A stretch of 64,000 nucleotides of DNA from Marsupella aquatica (taxonomy: Eukaryota; Plantae; Marchantiophyta), in contig OZ316895.1 of the NCBI GenBank assembly GCA_973895155.1, positions 8,916,184 to 8,980,183 on the forward strand, read 5' to 3'. The notes under the pieces are model-generated. The model made no database searches. It was not told the origin of the DNA and saw only the letters and a program-made list of their open reading frames with translations. Made by a program: the position numbers and the translations under genes. Below, one piece after another: positions 35,991-49,400 of the stretch. Each line of letters opens with the position of its first letter. Position 1 is the stretch's first letter.

Positions 35991-37817
35991 ATATATGATC
36001 ATCTTTGTGCTCATCAGAAATGGAGCAAATGATATACAATTATCAGAAAAGTCCCAAAATGTTTCAGGTAAAAGACAGGACATCATAGAACATGCTGGAA
36101 ATGTTTGAGCTTAAACTGATGTCCAAAAGTCCTCCAACACAAAGGAGTTTAGGGTTTATTCAAGGGGTGCCAAACTCAAAGTTAGGTTTCTATTGCAAAA
36201 CCATTGAGAACTTGATAACCCTGTCTACTGTGTAATTTTCAAGTTGAGTTTTGAAAATTCCCAACCTCTGTACTAGCAACTAGTGACGGCTCGAAAAATC
36301 TCTCAAGCAGCCCACTCAAATTTGCTATATGGAGTGACACATGTTTTGGTTCACACCTTCCTTTTCACGGATCCATTTGGCTTGCTTCAATTGTGCTAAC
36401 AATATAGCTTCAAGACTCACAAAGAAGCTGCATTCTTGTCCAGGCAACATTGTGGAGCCATTCAGACAACTTTTACTCAAGTGGCCACTTTCGAGGGATT
36501 GTTGGCACCAAATATTAAGTTGAGTAATGTGAATTTTTATAAGACTTAAAGTTTTGAATTACAATATTTGTCCACCTTTGTGCTCATCTAAAATGGAGAA
36601 ATGAGCTTACCAAAGTCTTAAAAAATTTTCAGGTAATAGACTTGACATGAGAGAACATGCTGGAAAATTTTGAGCTTAAATTGAGATCCGAAATTCATCC
36701 AAATTAATGGACAAGTGTGCCAAATTCAAAGGTAGATGACTTGATGTCCCTGTCAAGTAAGTCATCATGAGGTAAAGTTTGCATCTACATTGAACTCTGG
36801 ATAAACCCACCCTTTAGGGAAGACAGATCTGGCGTGCACTAAATGAGGTGTTGCATGACTTGGTAAGCGCACATCCCGCAAAAAGTGTTGTAATAGATAA
36901 GTGTGCTTAATTTGGGGTCCTTTGTTAAATGTGTAATTATCCAGGTTTTCCAGGTATTTGAGACCAAGTTGTATGGGCGATGGCAGATTGAGCACTACCA
37001 AGTGAATGAACAATGATGTGCACTCCAAAACTCACCATGCACATTGAAAATACTACAATATACCCAGATCACACCAAGATTCTGTGAAAACAAACTTTAT
37101 TTCAAAATGACAACATTCTGTGTCCAATATGTAGTAAAAACAAAAGTGGACTACAGTTCCTACATTGAGCCTACACAACTTCTTCAGTACCAATGGCAGT
37201 TTGGAGTGAGCAGTCCCCTTCAACTAAGGAGCTTCCTGTCTGGTCTACTTCGCCCTCCACTGTCTCAACGTTGTATTTCCCTTCAATATAGGTCCATCTG
37301 CCATCTGGACTAAAAGTCCCGTTCAATTTCTTCCACCTATGAAGCTGGCCAAAGCATTCGCCATCCAGATCAAGCCAAATAACTCCTTAAGTGCATTATG
37401 TACTCTACTAATAATGGGCATGCATTTATCGGTACATGACATTTCTGGAGTTTATGCATTTACATATAAGCGCCTCGATAAGAGCATTCAATCACTTATT
37501 CAGGGTAAGCGTTTATAGAGTTGTCGTTTAGCGAAATGATTTAAACCCTATGTGCGCTTAGAAAAAATGCTTGAAAACTGCTTATCCCGTGTAAAAAAAA
37601 GGGGAAGAACTAGATGGCAAGCATTTATGGAATGTGCATTTATCCAGAGTTCACCATACACAACACCTGAATCCACAATTCGGGAGTGATGGAAATCTGG
37701 AATGGCGCAAGTTTGCCATTTCCCAGTTAAATGGTTGAAGCATAGAAAGTGGATTTTCCTGCGTTTAAAGCTTGCAGCTACTGTAACAATTCATCTCGAC
37801 TTCAGTTTCTCACGTTT

Positions 37818-38000
37818 AAAAAAATCACTTTTAAGTACTTTATCACTAAAGTTGTTCTGTTGACAGTCCTGCCATGGTTTTTTGAATATGGACGTCCATA
37901 TATAAAAACCTTGATATACTTGTATATATGATTAAAATAATGATAATATTATAAATTCAAATATCTTTACTGGCAATGTACTTAAAAGCTGTTTTAAAAA
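37818..38000. mobile_element. Second, more degenerate copy of the 35.8 kb MITE family
   Basis: ttttaagtactttatcactaaagttgttctg ... caatgtacttaaaagct match the ends of 35758-35990. Confidence 0.65.
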
Positions 38001-41000
38001 TATCACCAAAAAAATGCTTTTAGGGTAGGAGGTCCTATGATGGAAATGAGTGGGAGAGTCTTGATAGGTCTTCTATTCACCTAGGCAAATGAACAACGGC
38101 CAGTCATTTGGAGGACACCTTTTATGATATCAGCTGTGTAAACCGCAATTGCGACCTTAAGCTTTCTGTGCCTACCTAGCTCAAAATAGGTTGCAAGACC
38201 TTACGGTAACTTTTAGACAAACCATGCCATATATACCTAGGCCATCTTCATTGGTGGCTGAGAAATTCTCCTGGGCTGGACCACCCAGATGAATCCGCCC
38301 AGCTGGACAGCACACAATCATTGGGTTTCTACCAACTCTCTGGTATACAATACGCAACCTCGAGCGTTGACAACCATTTTCCAGCCCAAACAAAAAGATG
38401 CAAAACCCCTTTTCCAATCAAACTGTGATGACAATGGGTACTTAGAAATATTCCAGGGAACCTGTAATGTTACGTGCCGTCCTCTTACTTTTCTGTCCTC
38501 AAACTGGTCAAAATTAATAAAGTACGTGCCCCCAAAATAAATGTAATTGTCAGGCTGCCCTCATTTTGTTGGGTGACCACCACTAACCATATAAAAGGGG
38601 AAGTGTCCAAGATTTATTTATTTTTCACTTTATTCTCCTTCTCCTCTTCTCCCATTCCATTTGGTTCCACAAATTCAGAAGATAACACTAGTTATGGTGA
38701 AACCAGGTTTTTGTCACTGTTAGTGGTGGTTCAACTAGACTACACCAAACTATGATGACACCTAATTGGTCTGGGTACAAATGAAGGCTCAAAATGTTTT
38801 CATCTCTTCCCAGGTTGAAACCATGGACAGTGGTGCACAAACATATTTGTGTACTTGTGGGCAAAGAAGAATCCACATTTTTTTGTCCCTCTCTCTCCAA
38901 AAAAATGAATCTTAAATGTCATTCGCCCCCCTCCCCTCCAAGGAATCTTCTCCATGTGTCCACAAACCAATCACATGCAATCTCAGGTTGGTATAGTCTA
39001 GTTACATCAACCCATGTACAAAATGCAGGGCAACCTGGTAATCAGTTTGTTCGCTGGTTAGTATAACCGAGTTTCATCAACCCAGAGGGAAGCAACATGC
39101 TAATTTAATCTATTCTTGGGCATGCTAACAATTCTGGCAATAGAGAGTAAAACATAGATTCACCTAAGCTCTGTTTTAGTGCCTGGAGGAATCTCTAAAG
39201 CAGCCATAGGGGGGTGCTGCAGTGCGACACATAGCCTAGCAGGGGGGTGGTGGTGATCTTGAAATGGAGCGAGAAAAAAGGGGGAGGGGAGGGGATGGGA
39301 TTAAGATTCATCAATGGGGAGAGAGAGACAACGCGGATTCTTCTTCGCCCACCAGGCCATACACCACAGCAAACAACCCCAATGCTTCTAAATCACTCAT
39401 AGTTCCACTGGAGAATCAATGGCTCAGCTGTCGTGCATCTCGAGATCATGAGATGATGATTGACTCTGTCACGAGCTCTGCTTTGGTTGGAGTTCTCCTT
39501 GGAGTTCTGGATGAACTGTTGAACGTCCATTTTCAATTCAGGAAGAGACGATGATCAGATGATGGACTTGGAGTTGACGTCTTGGGAGGGCACCGGGCCA
39601 GGAGCTACCTGTGATCGAGGAAGTCTTGCCTCTCGAGCTTTCCTGCTCATTTCCTAGGGCAGAAGAAAATCGTCTCCAGGTGGCGTCGTGCAGAGCACTT
39701 TCGTGCTCTAAACATGATTTTTTTGCTATCTGCTGTTCATCCAGAGCGGTGGTGCTGCTGCATGGTCGGGTCTGATGTCTGATTTTTGATTCGCAGAGTG
39801 CGAAAGCCGGCAAAAGTGATGCCACCTGCTCTCACGTGTGTACTACACTTCGGAGTTCGGACTTACTGTTGTACTTAACCGCCACAATTGAGGCTGTGCA
39901 TGCCAATCTCTTTGTGCATGCACGGATTTGCACGGATTCGGAGCAGTCTGGAGCGCAGGTTTGGGGGGTTGGATGGAGAGAAGAATGCTTTGAGGACGTC
40001 AGTACGATCATGGTCTGTAGAACAAGCAGTTGGGGAGAATTCGCCGTGCTTAGCACATAGAATTCAGTTAGCCGATTTCGAGATCATTCTGTTGATGGTC
40101 AGTCTGTAGTCTCCAATCTGGGTGGATTAGATGAGATTAACACGAGAGAAACGGGATTGAGCTCATTACATGAGATTAATACGAGAGAGACAGGATTGAG
40201 CTCATTCTGGCACGTCGGTTCTAATCAGAGTGGATCTCACGGAATGGGAGATCACTGCTCTTCAATTCACTTTTCAGATTAATGATCTTTTGTGTCAGGG
40301 AATAGCGGTAAGCCACAGAGAAAAAGGAGCGCATTGCAGAAGCGAATTTGAAAACCACACAGGGAAAGGAAAGAAAGAAAGAAAGAGAGGGCGAGAGAGA
40401 GCGATGCTGAGTCGATTGCAGTACCAATTCCTGACATGCTGAGCTGAGTTGGAGTTACAAGTATCTTCCACCCGAGTGTTACGAGTATCTTCCACCCGCC
40501 GTTTTTTGCAACAGAATTTGAGGTTGGAGAGCGCGCGGGCAAATTTTCCAACTGAGGTACGGGAGAGAAAATGTTCCGCTACGTTTCTCGAGAGATATTG
40601 GGGTAAACTCTAGAGATGCTAGTTACCGGTGGAGTGAACGCCAGCATCAGCATACTGAGATTTGGACGACGAATCACCCACTGAGACTGAAGAAAACGAC
40701 TGCTCGAGAGACAACCTGCATGTTGGATTCCAATGTGCGTACCAGACTGGTTCTTCTTCAACATCGTTTTAGTATCGATTGGACATCATTGTGGACGAAG
40801 CATGCTCTAATTGTCCGTGCAAGGGAAAAAGGATCTGTCCTGGCCTCCTGCTCGCTGTTCTGGGCCTCCTTCTGCTTGACTGATTTCATCATCATCTCGT
40901 GTAGGGGTAACGCGCAGTAAGTCTCATTTCAAGTGCGAACTGGAATTCGAAGCTGATTGAGTCTCATTTCTTGTGCGAAGAGGAATTCGAAGCTGATTGT

Positions 41001-41156
41001 GTACTCTAGTTTACCGCCTACTGTTATAGTTGCGTATAGAAGCTGATCCCCACAATTTTCCCAACTTCCCAACTTTCCCAACTTCCCACTCCAATCGCCC
41101 GCCCCTCATCAGTTTGGTCATAGGTTGCCCATACTCAGGCCGGCAACGGACGCTCC

Positions 41157-41576
41157 ATGCCAACACACAGAGCCGCGCCCTCGCCGGCGTTGCCACTCCT
41201 TGTGCTCGGCATTCTGGGGTTCCTGCTGATGGCTTCCACGTACTGGCGTTTCGCGCGGCTGGAACAATCCATTTCGACCCCAACTCAGAGTCCAACGCTC
41301 AAGCCTTCATCACTATCATCTCTTATCATAGCAATAGTGCTGCTTGCCGTTTTCGTGCAAGCGTTTGGAATCCCTCACCAGCAAGACGCACCCAGTCCTC
41401 TTTTAGCCCTCCTCGACTCTTTGCTTCACAATTCCTCCTTCCCGATGTTCATCACCATCGTCCTTATATTGATTTTACTAGCGGGGCTCACAGTAGGCGT
41501 CGGCAGGCCGGGGCAGATGCGTCACTCGTCTGCCGGCAGGTGCACCTTCTACCGAAATCGCTGGCACTGCTATTGA
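41157..41576 (+). CDS. Hypothetical small membrane protein, 139 aa, three hydrophobic helices
   Basis: ATG-initiated single-exon ORF; segments LPLLVLGILGFLLMASTYW, LSSLIIAIVLLAVFVQAFGI and FPMFITIVLILILLAGLTV, with Pro/Ser/Thr linkers and a basic Cys/Trp tail. Confidence 0.55.
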   Translation: MPTHRAAPSPALPLLVLGILGFLLMASTYWRFARLEQSISTPTQSPTLKPSSLSSLIIAIVLLAVFVQAFGIPHQQDAPSPLLALLDSLLHNSSFPMFITIVLILILLAGLTVGVGRPGQMRHSSAGRCTFYRNRWHCY

Positions 41577-41749
41577 AGGAAGCAATCTAAGACCCTGGAC
41601 GTGGCTGTTGTCGTCGTTGTTGCCTACGGTAACACTTGCTTCTGGAGGAATCAATTGTTTTAATCGGACCACCAGTTCGTCGCCAGATGTTTTGAATTAC
41701 GGGATTCGCTCGCGAGTGTTTGTGGCAATCCAACAATGCTAATGAGTGA

Positions 41750-42530
41750 GTCAAGTAATCACACACGCATTCTTATTATATCATACCAGGCTTCGTTCCA
41801 TGACGTTTTGATGAAGAGGAACATTGAAGGTGGGTTTCATTAAAAATGATCAGATTTTGGCATCAGTTTTGAGATCGGGGGAGGCTTTATACTCACATTC
41901 ACCGAAGCTGAGGACACATGGGAAATCGGCCAGTTTGCAGTCCAGTCATAAGCACAGACCATGACAGGCAATGCTGAATCAGTAATCACAGACGCATACC
42001 CATTAATCTCAGACTAGTCTTCTTTCCGTTTCGGATTCCGACCGATATATAATATAGGAACATTCGTCTTCCTTCCATGAGGTTTCGGATTCCGATATAA
42101 AATGGAACATTAGTCTTCCTTCCACGAGGTTTCGGATGAATAGGAACATTGAAGGTGGGTTCCAACTAAAAGTATCATATGTTGGCGACGGTTTCGAGGC
42201 TGGAGGAGGCTACATTTGCAGATACATTCATCGAAGCTGAGTTTTTCTGCCAAGTTCCAGGCCAGTCATAAAGTAGAGTAGACAACAGGCAGTGAGTGGG
42301 TACTCAGATTGAAACGCATACTTATGCATCATGGAACTAGGATTCCTTGCATGAGCGTTCTGATAAAGAGGGAGGTGGGGTACCAATTAGAAGGATCAAG
42401 ATGAGGCATCAGTTTTCAGTCTGGAGAGGGCTACATAGACTTTCACATTGATCCAGTCGCAAAATGGGCAAGCTTCCGGTCAAGTGACAAGCGGAGGAGA
42501 TGACAAGCAATGCCGAGTGCCCGAGTACGC
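41750..42530 (+). repeat. Degenerate tandem triplication (~230-330 bp units)
   Basis: Repeated ggaacattgaaggtgggtt...ggcatcagtttt...gaggct...acattca.cgaagctgag...ccagtcataa...acaggca. Confidence 0.65.
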
Positions 42531-43576
42531 TCATTTCGTAGAGGGTGGTTAGTAGGAATTGACGATCAGCACACTAGACAGTGAACATGAATTCACACAG
42601 AGTACCAGTTGAGAAGGCCAATTTTCCGTCGAGTCTAGGCACAGCAGTGGACTGCTGACGGCGACGATGAATACTCTCGGAGGTCAGCTCGTGCCTTCCA
42701 GTGATTTCCAATCAGTGACAGAGGCTGTAGCTGGGAGGCTCCGGCATAGGCACGGGGGGGAGGGGGGTGTTACGAGTAGATTGGAGGCTATGGAGAATAT
42801 TAATTGTTCTAGAATGGAGACCAACTGGAAGCCATCCAGTTTCCCACGAGTCAAGGATGTGAGGAACTCAGCTCCGTGGCGTTTTTGCCTTTGTATATTA
42901 TTGTGGGGGGGGGGGGAGGTTGCGTGAGGTTTTTCTCAAACCTGGGATTTAGACTTGTTGTGGGCTTCTTGATTTTTCTCTTCGTAATTGTAGGTTCTTT
43001 GTGGAGAAGAATGCACCATTCAGATCGGGAGGAATTTGTGGGAATTTTTACTGAAAATAGTAAAAATAAAAACTATTAATTCTCTTTTACCAGAACAGTA
43101 TGGGTCATAATTGCACCTCAAAACTTGAGGTCACTCCCACATTCCCCCAGATTGAGGGTGAACCAGGGGTCTTGGTAATTGGACATCAAAATATGACTAT
43201 GACACATACTACATCTCTCATAAACCTCATTATTTTCTTAAATCAATGGGGGCACACAGTGTACCACATTTTGATGTTTGGTAGGGGTGTGCCAGGGTGT
43301 GGAGGCTTAGTTGAGGACGATGACAAGTGTGCAATGATGGAAACTGATAGGATGTTATGCATCACTTAGTGAGTTCCAAACTAACTGTTATGCATCACTT
43401 AGTGAGTTCCAAACTAACTAAAAGTACTGAACCAGTGTTAGAAAAAGGTGGCAACATTGTTGTAGTGGCCGTGTGATTGTCGCAGAAGTGTTGTTATTTC
43501 AGCGATGTCATCTGTGCGGTCATGTTATGGTTGTGAAAGTGTTGTGTGGGTGAAGGTTGTTGTTGTGATCTTGTTG

Positions 43577-43721
43577 GGGAGGGCAGGCGTGTGGAGGGCA
43601 GGGGGACGCAACATGGGTAAGAGAGTCCGGGGATCATGGGGTCCAGGTTGGGGAGGGCAAGCGTGTGGAGGGCAGGGGGACGCAACATGGGTAAGAGAGT
43701 CCGGGGATCATGGGGTCCAGG
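43577..43721. repeat. ~74-bp tandem duplication
   Basis: gggagggca.gcgtgtggagggcagggggacgcaacatgggtaagagagtccggggatcatggggtccaggt present twice. Confidence 0.9.
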
Positions 43722-46328
43722 TGGGGTTGAGCGATGCTATATAGAGGGAAAATGTTTTTACTTTTTTTTTTGGCCTCAGTCCTAGTTTATTCCTCCCCCG
43801 TGCTTTTTCCCTCCCACTCTTCCTTCCTTGCCCTCCCACCTCATCTGCGCCCCCGCCCCCAACCCTCCCCGTTTTCCGCAGTTGCCTTTGACACCATTAA
43901 AAAGGAGAAAAAAACTGGGAAGAAAGAAGTCTCCAATAAATGAAAAATCCATTTCTCAAGTGGGAAAAAGTCAAAAACCTTTTTCATGTCAATCTTCTTC
44001 TTTCTTATATGTTCCATGTCAAAAATCTCCATCTCATGTCAATCTATTCATTTAATGGTTCATGCCAAAAAGTAGGGTGTGCACTGGCTATAGTACCTTA
44101 GTGCTATTTGACTTTCCCAATTATTCTAGAATCCCCCCCAAAATGATTCTTATTAATATAAACATTCTCCAAAAAAATTCCATGGGCTTGGAGTGAAAGC
44201 ATTAGAAATGAACTTTTTTAGTTGAAAAGGAGAAAAATCATTTCTGAAGTGAATAGTAATTAACCAAACCTTCAGCAAATGACAAAAGAGAATAAAAGAG
44301 AAAAGGACAATGAAAGAAATTTTGTTTAATTCTTAACTTTAAGACTAAGTATGACAGAAGATTAAAAAAAGTTCTCTTGCATTAAACTTATAGGAAACCT
44401 CCTTAACTATGAATAAATTACACTTGCTTCGGAAAAAGAGACGTTTAAAAGGACTCATCAAATGAACCTTGACCGTAGAAATAGGTTTAGTGATAACACA
44501 ACTTTCATGACATATGTTGGGTCAAGGGCCCTCAACAAAGTTTGATTTTTTATTTATCCTTGACAAATTTTGCTCTGTCTGCGACAACCCCAAGGACAGC
44601 CTCAGTAAATTGTGGGAGTAGCTGTTATTTCAATGTTTCGCCAAAAAAAAAACAATTATGCACAAAGGCCCAGAAAATGAATTTATGATGAGTGAAGATG
44701 GAAAGCAAATGCGCTTTGAGCCACACAAAATGTCATGGCTTTGCTCGTGTCAAGTGTGCATAGTCAAATGGTAGTAAGGGACAGCCAACACAATCATGTA
44801 CTCTTAGTAGCAAATGTCTTTGTACTATACTATAGAAATTATGGGCACCCACAATTCAATCCAAGAGTATCAAATAACACTACAACATCTAAGGGTAGAG
44901 TAATGTTCCTTCCTTTTTCAAATTTGGAAAGAGAAGATGGGATTTGAAACTCCTTGTTATAGTGGTGATTAAATTAATAATTATATTGTGGTTGATTTGG
45001 CTATTGCCTTGCTTTGCCTTAGCTTGGGTTGACTGGCCATGTTGTGAAATGGTTTAGGCCCAGAAGTCTTAAACCACCACTAGCCACACTAGTCATATAT
45101 AAAAGGAGAAGTGTCCAAGATTTCTCGCTTTCTCACATTAGTCTCCCTAACCAAAGAACCAAAGAGAATCAAAATTTATAAATGAGGGAAAAACAAAGTA
45201 CAATGAAAGGAAAAAGTATCCTTAAATAGATACTTTGCTCTACAATTTACTTTCTCACATTCTCCTCCTTAAGATGATACTTTGCTATACAATTTCAGGA
45301 AAAAGTACTAAAAATGATGGACCTGATGAATCCAAGTTTTGTCATGGACAGTGGCTACAAAGTACCAGAACCTACTTTCATGGGCGGAAAGGGTTTTAGC
45401 AGAATAATTGTGGGATCACCTGAAGCAAATGTTCACGCTCTGTGCAAATTCGAGCTCGTTTTGATTTGCGGATCCTGACCGATGAAGATGGTTGGAGAGT
45501 TGGAGCCTCGACTCAAGCACTGTCGTTGCTAGTGGCGAGATGGTGATTGTTGCGGTGAAGATGGGAAGGTTGTACCACGTCAAGTGGATCACGAATCTGT
45601 TCTCAAGATGGTAACTACTTTCTTTGGCTGAATCCTTCAGTAGATCGTGTTGTTGCTGTTCTTCCTGTCCCAGTTTCTCATTCCTGTAGATAGCAGAAGC
45701 AGAATTCCGGCAATTACAGCTGTGGATAGGAAGGATTATGCTCTTAGCGTTTTACCGAATTCTCACTTATTGAAACGGAGCTTAAGTAACGATGGAATCT
45801 CTAGATTGAATCATGCATCAATGAATCGAATTCTCCACACTGCTCATAAACCCTGAACCCTAAATCCTCAATGGGAGTATCGCTATACTGTCGCCAAAAA
45901 AGATTGGGAAGGTTGACTGCATCACAAGTTCCGCTCCGGGGGCTAACTCACCAGGGAGAATTCGATCAATAACAATAGACTGACTGATAATTTCTCGGCA
46001 GACGAGGCAACTGTGGGCTGTTGAACATTGAGTTTTTTTAGTTCTCAACTCAGCCTTACATTCATGTACTTTAATTTAACTGTTGCCCCCGGCATCCATG
46101 TAACACAAGTGAAAAGGGCACTTGTGTGGACTAATGTCTACTGATTGGGTCGACTTTAATTCGTTGGCTGCGTACCCTAGTTAATCTTGATGCCCTTGAT
46201 CCGGGGTTCTCTTAGAATCACTGGCATTCACGTTCGTGTAAGAACAGCGTTGACAAGTTCTTCTGAAATTGGGCTTTCTTTCCTCTCGTGTTGCTCCACC
46301 TTCCGATTTATAGGATCCTGGTCCTCCT

Positions 46329-46342
46329 AAACCCTAAACCCT
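46329..46342 (+). promoter_or_regulatory. Telo-box-like motif (AAACCCTAAACCCT) upstream of the helicase ATG
   Basis: About 110 bp before the ATG; a similar motif lies at ~45848-45864. Telo-boxes are common 5' of plant RNA-metabolism genes. Confidence 0.5.
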
Positions 46343-46450
46343 GAGCTGTCGCTTTTTGTTTGGCCACCTCAGGTTGTAATGAGGGGGCCTTTCTTACCTT
46401 CAGACGTTCGGGACTGAAAGGCGTGGGGCAGGACGGGACGAGTGGACATC

Positions 46451-49400
46451 ATGGGGACGATGGAGGGAAATGAGGGGGAAGCTCAGGCAGCGTCCAATCA
46501 GGCCCGGTTGCAGAAGATAGTTCTGAGCTGGGATTACTACCGCCTTCTTTCTCTAGCCAAGGTTAGCAAGCAAGGAGTTGACCAGAAGTCCAACCCTGTT
46601 CCTCATTTCCATGTCTGTCCAATTTTTTGGATCATCCTGTTTGTGCCTGTTTGTTATCCGAGAAGAAATTCTGTTTCAAATTATGTAGTTGACTATCAAA
46701 GAGCATTTGAACCAAGAAAGATCATGGAATTGCTGTACCCACGTAGATAAAGCGAAAGAAACGTAAGAGAGGAGACAAGACGAAGCAAGAAGAGACCACT
46801 GAGGGGTCCCTAAACCTGAGACACGTACCTGAGAAGTTCAAAGATCTGGAAGAGTACCTATCTGTGTTCGAATCACTTCTTCTAGAAGAGTGCAGAGCAC
46901 AGATAATTCGAGGGGAAGAAGAAGGAGGTGAGACATTCTTCCTCCACTCCCCCGATTGTCTTCCTTTAAAACCTCAAAAAGCAAGTGTCATTCTGTCCAA
47001 TTCAAGCTGCAGGTTTCTCGTAATTCTCGATGAAAATTGTTAGCAAACGATCATCTTTGTCGGTTCGGCTTACCGTGCACTGCGTCCAGGCGGAACACAG
47101 TGCCACATGGTTGCCTTGGCAACATGGGAGAAAGCAAACGAATTTTACTTCATGCGGCTTGCGGTTCAAACAGACGTCGCAGAAGATTTTACTGAGAATG
47201 ATCTTTTATTACTTAGCAAAGAAAAGGTAATCTCTGTTGTTCTGAAGGCTGATGTGTATTTGAATCTTTATTCAGCTCAATTCCAGCGCATCAGAGTATC
47301 TTTTAGTTGTCATCAAGGTGAGGAGATTCATTATAGGGGGGACGGTTATTGAAAGAAACTAGCCAAGTAGATGAGCTGTGTGTGAATCTGTTTTGTTAGT
47401 TATGAACGAGACATTGTCAAAGAGATTAGTCTGGTTATGTGAATGCCCTCATGAAGTACACACTTCTTAGAAATATGGCTCGATGTGCACAGCCCTTAGG
47501 TGGAAAGAGTCTTCCAAGCACTTACGCCTTTGCGTCTGTGGAGGCCCGAGAAGGAAGTGGAACCCTTAGGGTACGAATGCACTTGGATGGTGAGAATGAC
47601 GAGTTAGATGGGCTCGTTATCAAAACAACACCAGGAGCTATGCGCTTAAGAGCTGCATTACAGGGTCCTACATCTGCTTGGTGGCTCATGAAAGTATGTC
47701 TAACAACTCCCCTCACTATGAGTGTTATCGTCTCTGGGTTAGTACATCTCATGTAAGATTGGTATGAGATCACAGCATCGTTTGGTTGATGTATGCCTGG
47801 TTTGTGCAGCTCTGCAATATGTCAACTATCTTGCGAGAGTATACTGCCCTGCGTTCAGTTGGATCCCTTCCTTTCGTGGACGTCATTCTTTCGGGTGAGG
47901 ATTCCTCGAAAGTTGGGACAGAGTCAAATGAGGGCTCAACTGGATCTTCAAACAACTTGGGCCATTGGAACATTCCGTTGCCCTTGAAGGAATATCTGAG
48001 TGGAACACACAATCCATCACAGATGCAAGCGATACAGGTTTCACAATTGATTTTCATGTTAAGATATGAATAATCCATCAGACTAGAGTTCCAGTAGTCC
48101 CTGTAGTGGTGTAAATACTTCAAATGTTAGCTCAGAGGATGGAACTGGGTGATTATATTACATCTGCTCTGAAACTTATTCAACGGTGACTGCTGCAGGG
48201 AGGTCTGACAAGGAAGCCCCTGGTGCTTATACAGGTCAAGCCTCTTCCTTTGTAAGCTTATGAATCTGGTTGTGCATCGCCTTCATTCTTGAATGGACCG
48301 CTTTAGTCAGATGCTTAACACCTGCCTGACAACCGTCTTGGGTTTGTTGCAGGGCCCACCAGGAACTGGAAAGACACAGACTATTCTTGGGCTTTTAAGT
48401 GTTATTCTACATTCTACCGCAGCAAGACTTACTTCCCAGTAATTGCACCTTCATAACTTCTAGACAGACAAACCATTGTTTGCAGATAGGTTGTTAGCCT
48501 TGCTATGGAATGTATGTAAGTTGGACTATTTTTGCCAACCTATTTACTGAGCTAAGTCTCCACTTACCCTTTGCAGGAATGATTCTGTGGAAATCGCAGT
48601 CAGAGAAGAGCTACCATATGCGGAGAAGTAATGTAGCTCCCTCTCCGTCTTGTGTTGGTGGAAATATATTTTAGCTCTTGTTTGCATAACGCCATCTGTG
48701 TCATCTGTCATCTTAGCTGGCTGTGAAGTGTACTTGGAGCAATTGCTCGGAAGGATGTTGTTGGAGCTATTGTCCAGGTCCCCTACTTCCAGGTCATGAC
48801 GGACACACTGCTCCATTTCAGGATTGACAACTGGCTGAAGGCGTCACCTTGGCTTGGCACAGGAGTGAATCCACGGGATTTGATTATGCCAGTGAATGGC
48901 GATGACGGCTATTTTCCCACTTCGCACAATCCATTCGTAAACGCTTAAACTCCACCTGAGTTGTCAGATAAAAGCTCATAGATTTTCAAGAGTACGGGAG
49001 GTTTGGCTTTGAAGGTACCTAGATAGAATTTCTATGATGAAAATCCCGTTCGGAATGATTGCAGCGACCCAAACTAGTGGGAGCGAAAAGGAAATGCCAT
49101 GCCCACGTTCTGGTTTGTGCTCCTTCAAATTCAGCTCTTGACGAAATAGTCCTTCGACTCCTGCGCACAGGTCTCCACCCGTCTCATCTGAATCCCGACT
49201 CATTATGAAAAGTTTCTTAGAACTTTTGTATTTGAGCATCGGTTGCTATGTGGAATGGGAGCTTTAACTTGAGGATTGGGTCTTGCAGGGTTGCGGGATG
49301 AGAATGGGACGATGTACGCTCCAAATATTGTCCGAGTTGGCCTCAATGTTCATCACTCTGTGCAAGGAGTTTCCATGGACACTCTGGTACGAGCTCTTGT

